From Ginglymostoma cirratum (taxonomy: Eukaryota): a DNA stretch of 64,000 bases. Of this stretch, positions 60,162-64,000 are shown piece by piece. Location of the stretch: contig JAHRHZ010000215.1 in NCBI GenBank assembly GCA_024137785.1, positions 740,309-804,308 on the forward strand, written 5' to 3'. The position numbers and the translations under genes are program-made. Numbering within the stretch: position 1 is the first letter of the stretch; every line of letters begins with the position of its first letter. Under the pieces are notes generated by a model, which was given only the letters and a program-made list of their open reading frames with translations, did no database searches and was not told where the DNA came from.

Positions 60162-61509
60162 CTACAACAAATACACAGGGAAGCTTGTCAGAACATCAGC
60201 CAGCTACTTGGTCGCACATCCAAAAGCAAAACGCAAGGGATGAACAGGAACTCGTGAAACCGAAGCAGAAACAGAAATGCGTGCGTAAGTGCAGCGAGCA
60301 ACGACAGCACGCATGTCCTCAGCCCTAAAGAGCAGCCGGCGTTGCCCTTGTCAGTACCTTCGGCAGTTTGCAGATTGTAATGGTCTGTCACAACGATGCA
60401 AAGCCAACAGACGAAGATGCTCCAACTGCAAATTGTTTTAAAACTTATACTTGGAATGTACAATGTTGTTGGTAAGGCTGGCATTCATTGCTCATTCTCA
60501 TTCTCAGCAGCCAAGGTGGCAATGGTGATGGAACCTATTTCTTGATCTATCACAGTCCACATTACCATTTTGATTTTAGTTCCTTTAGGATACAAACAAG
60601 TGACACCCAAGTGCACTTAAGTGTGGGACAAGAGTTGACAATGTGGTTAGAACTCTACTTTGTTTGAGAGGACAGTCTCACGTAGGCAAAGGTATGGCTG
60701 GCTGTTAAACTTTCTTGAAGAGGCATGACTGATCCGGATGAGCTTTTAAGGCAATATAAACCATGTAGTTGTTAAATTATCAGTACTAGACTTTTACTTG
60801 GAGTAATTTATTAATACCTTTTAAAAAACAAACATTTGAATATTTAAACTGCTGTGGTTGGATTCAAACACTTTTTTTTGGATTAATTATCTAGTAACAC
60901 AATCAGTAAAACTATGGTAACACCTTTTGCCAATAGTTGTTTCTATAAACCGTGAGGCCTTATCAAAAGAAAATAAGCTCAACTTTTAACAAGGAACTTC
61001 AGGTTATGCAACAAGGATCCAATACTTCCAGGAGTTGTAACTGTTATCAGAAACCAGGTAGGACAAGCTCCTACACCATATGAATGACGGAGACTCAGAA
61101 CAGAGTTGCCAATCTCCCACCAGGAACCTCATACTGTGATGCATTTTCTTTTCGCTTGTCACATTTAAAATGCAAACACCTGCTTCTCCACCACATGCCC
61201 ACTTCCTCAGCTGAATGGGTGGGAGCCTATTTCTGCCATTCTTATTCTATAAATATCACCAGGCATCAAGGTAGAATGGCCCAGGGATTCACACCCATGG
61301 AATTAACCTGCCTACTAGCGGAAAAAAATCCAACTTGTGATGTGATGTTACCAAAATCACTGACATTGGGCACTTACTATATGGGAAACCAAAGAGAGGG
61401 TACCAATATCCTGTCGTAACAAATTATAACACCTAGCCACAAAGAATATTTGGTCAGATGACTGAAGTCTTGGGAATAGAAGTAGGTCTTAAGGAGTATC
61501 TTGAAATAC

Positions 61510-61909
61510 NNNNNNNNNNNNNNNNNNNNNNNNNNNNNNNNNNNNNNNNNNNNNNNNNNNNNNNNNNNNNNNNNNNNNNNNNNNNNNNNNNNNNNNNNNN
61601 NNNNNNNNNNNNNNNNNNNNNNNNNNNNNNNNNNNNNNNNNNNNNNNNNNNNNNNNNNNNNNNNNNNNNNNNNNNNNNNNNNNNNNNNNNNNNNNNNNNN
61701 NNNNNNNNNNNNNNNNNNNNNNNNNNNNNNNNNNNNNNNNNNNNNNNNNNNNNNNNNNNNNNNNNNNNNNNNNNNNNNNNNNNNNNNNNNNNNNNNNNNN
61801 NNNNNNNNNNNNNNNNNNNNNNNNNNNNNNNNNNNNNNNNNNNNNNNNNNNNNNNNNNNNNNNNNNNNNNNNNNNNNNNNNNNNNNNNNNNNNNNNNNNN
61901 NNNNNNNNN
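61510..61909. other. Assembly gap
   Basis: Run of N. Confidence 1.
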
Positions 61910-62042
61910 AATTCTGAAGAAGGGTCTAGGCCCGAAACGTCAGCTTTCCTGCTCCTCTGATGCTGCTTGGCCTGCTGTGTTCATCCAGCTCTACACCTTG
62001 TTATCTCAGATTCTCCAGCATCTGCAGTTCCTACTATCTCTC
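61910..62042 (+). mobile_element. Penelope pLTR end with the best-preserved hammerhead-like core
   Basis: ctgaagaagggtctaggcccgaaacgtc at 61914-61941; downstream sequence matches 31669-31764. Confidence 0.8.
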
Positions 62043-62256
62043 AAGCTACAGTACTTGACAGCCCAACTAAATACTCAGCTCTGCTGCACACAAAATTGCT
62101 GCTGCATTTTGCTATGCAGTAAGTAAGCATTTGTAAAGCACCTTTAACATAATACAATGCTCCAAAGTGCTTCAAAGGAGCGTTGCCAAACAAAACTTGA
62201 TACTGGGCTACATAAGAAGTGCAATTCCATTTTAAATAATTTTGAAGAATCGAAGA

Positions 62257-62443
62257 TAAAAACTGAAAGAACTGTGGATGCTGTAATTCAGAAACAAAAA
62301 CACAAATTGCTGAAAAAGCTCAGCAGGTCTGACAGCATCTGTGGAGAGAAATCAGAGTTAATGTTTCGGGTGCAGTGACCCTTCCTCAGAACAGAGGACC
62401 GGGCAGACCTGCTGAGCTTTTCCAGCAATTTCTATTTTTGTTG
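62257..62443 (-). mobile_element. Partly palindromic PLE-derived mini-element
   Basis: Inverted cagacctgctgagcttttccagcaattt arm; degenerate 15-bp TSD at 62242-62256 and 62444-62458. Confidence 0.75.
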
Positions 62444-64000
62444 TTGAAGAATAGGAGAGACGGGTGGAGGGGCGAAGTAGTTTAGGGAAGGAATTTCAGA
62501 GCTTAGAGCCCAGAGTGGCTGCAGGTACAGTTCCCAATGCAGCTGCAAAGAAATTTGAATTGTGCAAGTTGCCAGAACTGGAGGAATGCCAAAATTGTAA
62601 AGTTGTAGGCTAGAGGAGGCTACAGACAATAGTGGAGGTGGAATGAGGCATGAGAAGGGTTTACAAAGAAAAATAAGGTTCAGACTCTGGAACTAGCACA
62701 TCAATTTAATCAGAATCTCTTACCTAATTCTCACAGGTTCGATATGAGGTGCAATTGCACAATCTTTTAACAAGATCACTTGAAGAACACAACACAACAG
62801 CAGGAAACAGGATTTGACCTCTAAGATTAGTCAGTGAATTTGCAATCTTATTTACATAAAAGTTGTTTGTTTCTCAGCAAGAAATGGCAGGTCAGGTTTG
62901 ATAAAATACATGTCAACAAATTTTTTTTGTCATCAGGTCATCATGTGTATATACTATGAGTAGGAAATTTTTGAAACCAGTTAGTACATCTAGATATATT
63001 GCCAAAATGAAGCAATTCTGATTCTACAGAATTCAATGCTAAATATTTGTCTATTCGCAGGATGAAATAATTGTCTGGTCTCAATGTTTTCTGTTCTTTA
63101 GGGGGATCTGGGCTTCACTGGCCAGACCAGCATTTATTATGCATCCCTCATTGCTCTTGAAAAGGTAGTGGTGAGCTGCCTTCCTGAACCTCTACAATCC
63201 ATGTGGTGTCGGTGAACTCACAATGTCGCTAGGGAGGAAGTTTCAGGATTCTAACCTAGCACTACTAACAGAATGGCAAAACGTTTGCAAGTCTTGATGG
63301 TGCGCGGCTTGGAGGGAATTTGCAAGTGGTGGCATTACTATGTATCAGTTCCCTGGTCCTCCTAAATGGTAATATTTGTGGGTTTGATAGCTAGTTTTGT
63401 TAAATTGTGCTGAAGCGTTAATTTTATATGGAAAAAACAATGGTCAAAATAAAAGATAAAAGGCAGTGATGACATTTTATAAATAGATATCCTCAACAGA
63501 TGCTCTCTGCACATGATCCAGCATTTACTAGTACGTGCTGGTGACAGCCGATGTCTGAATATCAACATTACATCACTGATTAAATAGCTCCTCCTTGCCA
63601 GGTATATTGCTGGGTTACCTAAACTGGACAAACTTCCATTGTGTTTCACCATGGAATAAGGGTGGAGTTGATTCATATCAGAAATGTGGTTAATTTTCTC
63701 ACAAGATGTGATTGATGAGTTAATGGCAGGCATTTACCTCACAGCAGCAATGGGTTTGGCTTTTTTTTTATTGCCCAGGATTCATTGAAATTGGTTAGTT
63801 TGATGGGCATATAGCCAAGGTACATTTCTTTTATTCCTGGAACAACTACATTACAATAACATATTTAGAAAAATAGTAGATAGGAACAGAAAAATAAACA
63901 AGTTTGCATCTTTATTTTCTTTTTGTCACTACTTCAGGAGATGTGGGCATTGCTGGCAAATTCTGCCATCAGGAGATCAGTCTATCCCTAGTTGCCTTTA

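Overview
Cartilaginous-fish genomic DNA, most likely a shark. This is inferred from HE1-type V-SINEs, abundant CR1 LINEs and shark-type Penelope remnants. The window holds the 3' two-thirds of a Misshapen-family (GCK-IV) kinase gene on the minus strand, best identified as MINK1. I traced 19 GT-AG exons by hand (59964-60161 down to the stop at 4373-4375). They join in frame to about 861 aa covering the coiled-coil/polyQ region, the proline-rich linker and the whole CNH domain; the kinase exons lie beyond the right end of the window. Introns are dense with decayed CR1 LINEs, several SINE families, Penelope-like element (PLE) remnants and a solo LTR, and there are two N gaps. Most notable are a set of short, partly palindromic PLE-derived insertions with 14-16 bp target-site duplications and minimal hammerhead-ribozyme-like cores (CUGANGA...GAAA plus a palindrome), a conserved 24-nt microexon, and an unannotated in-frame 141-nt candidate cassette exon next to it. 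Paralog and family assignments come from recalled sequences, not database searches. Repeat boundaries are approximate.
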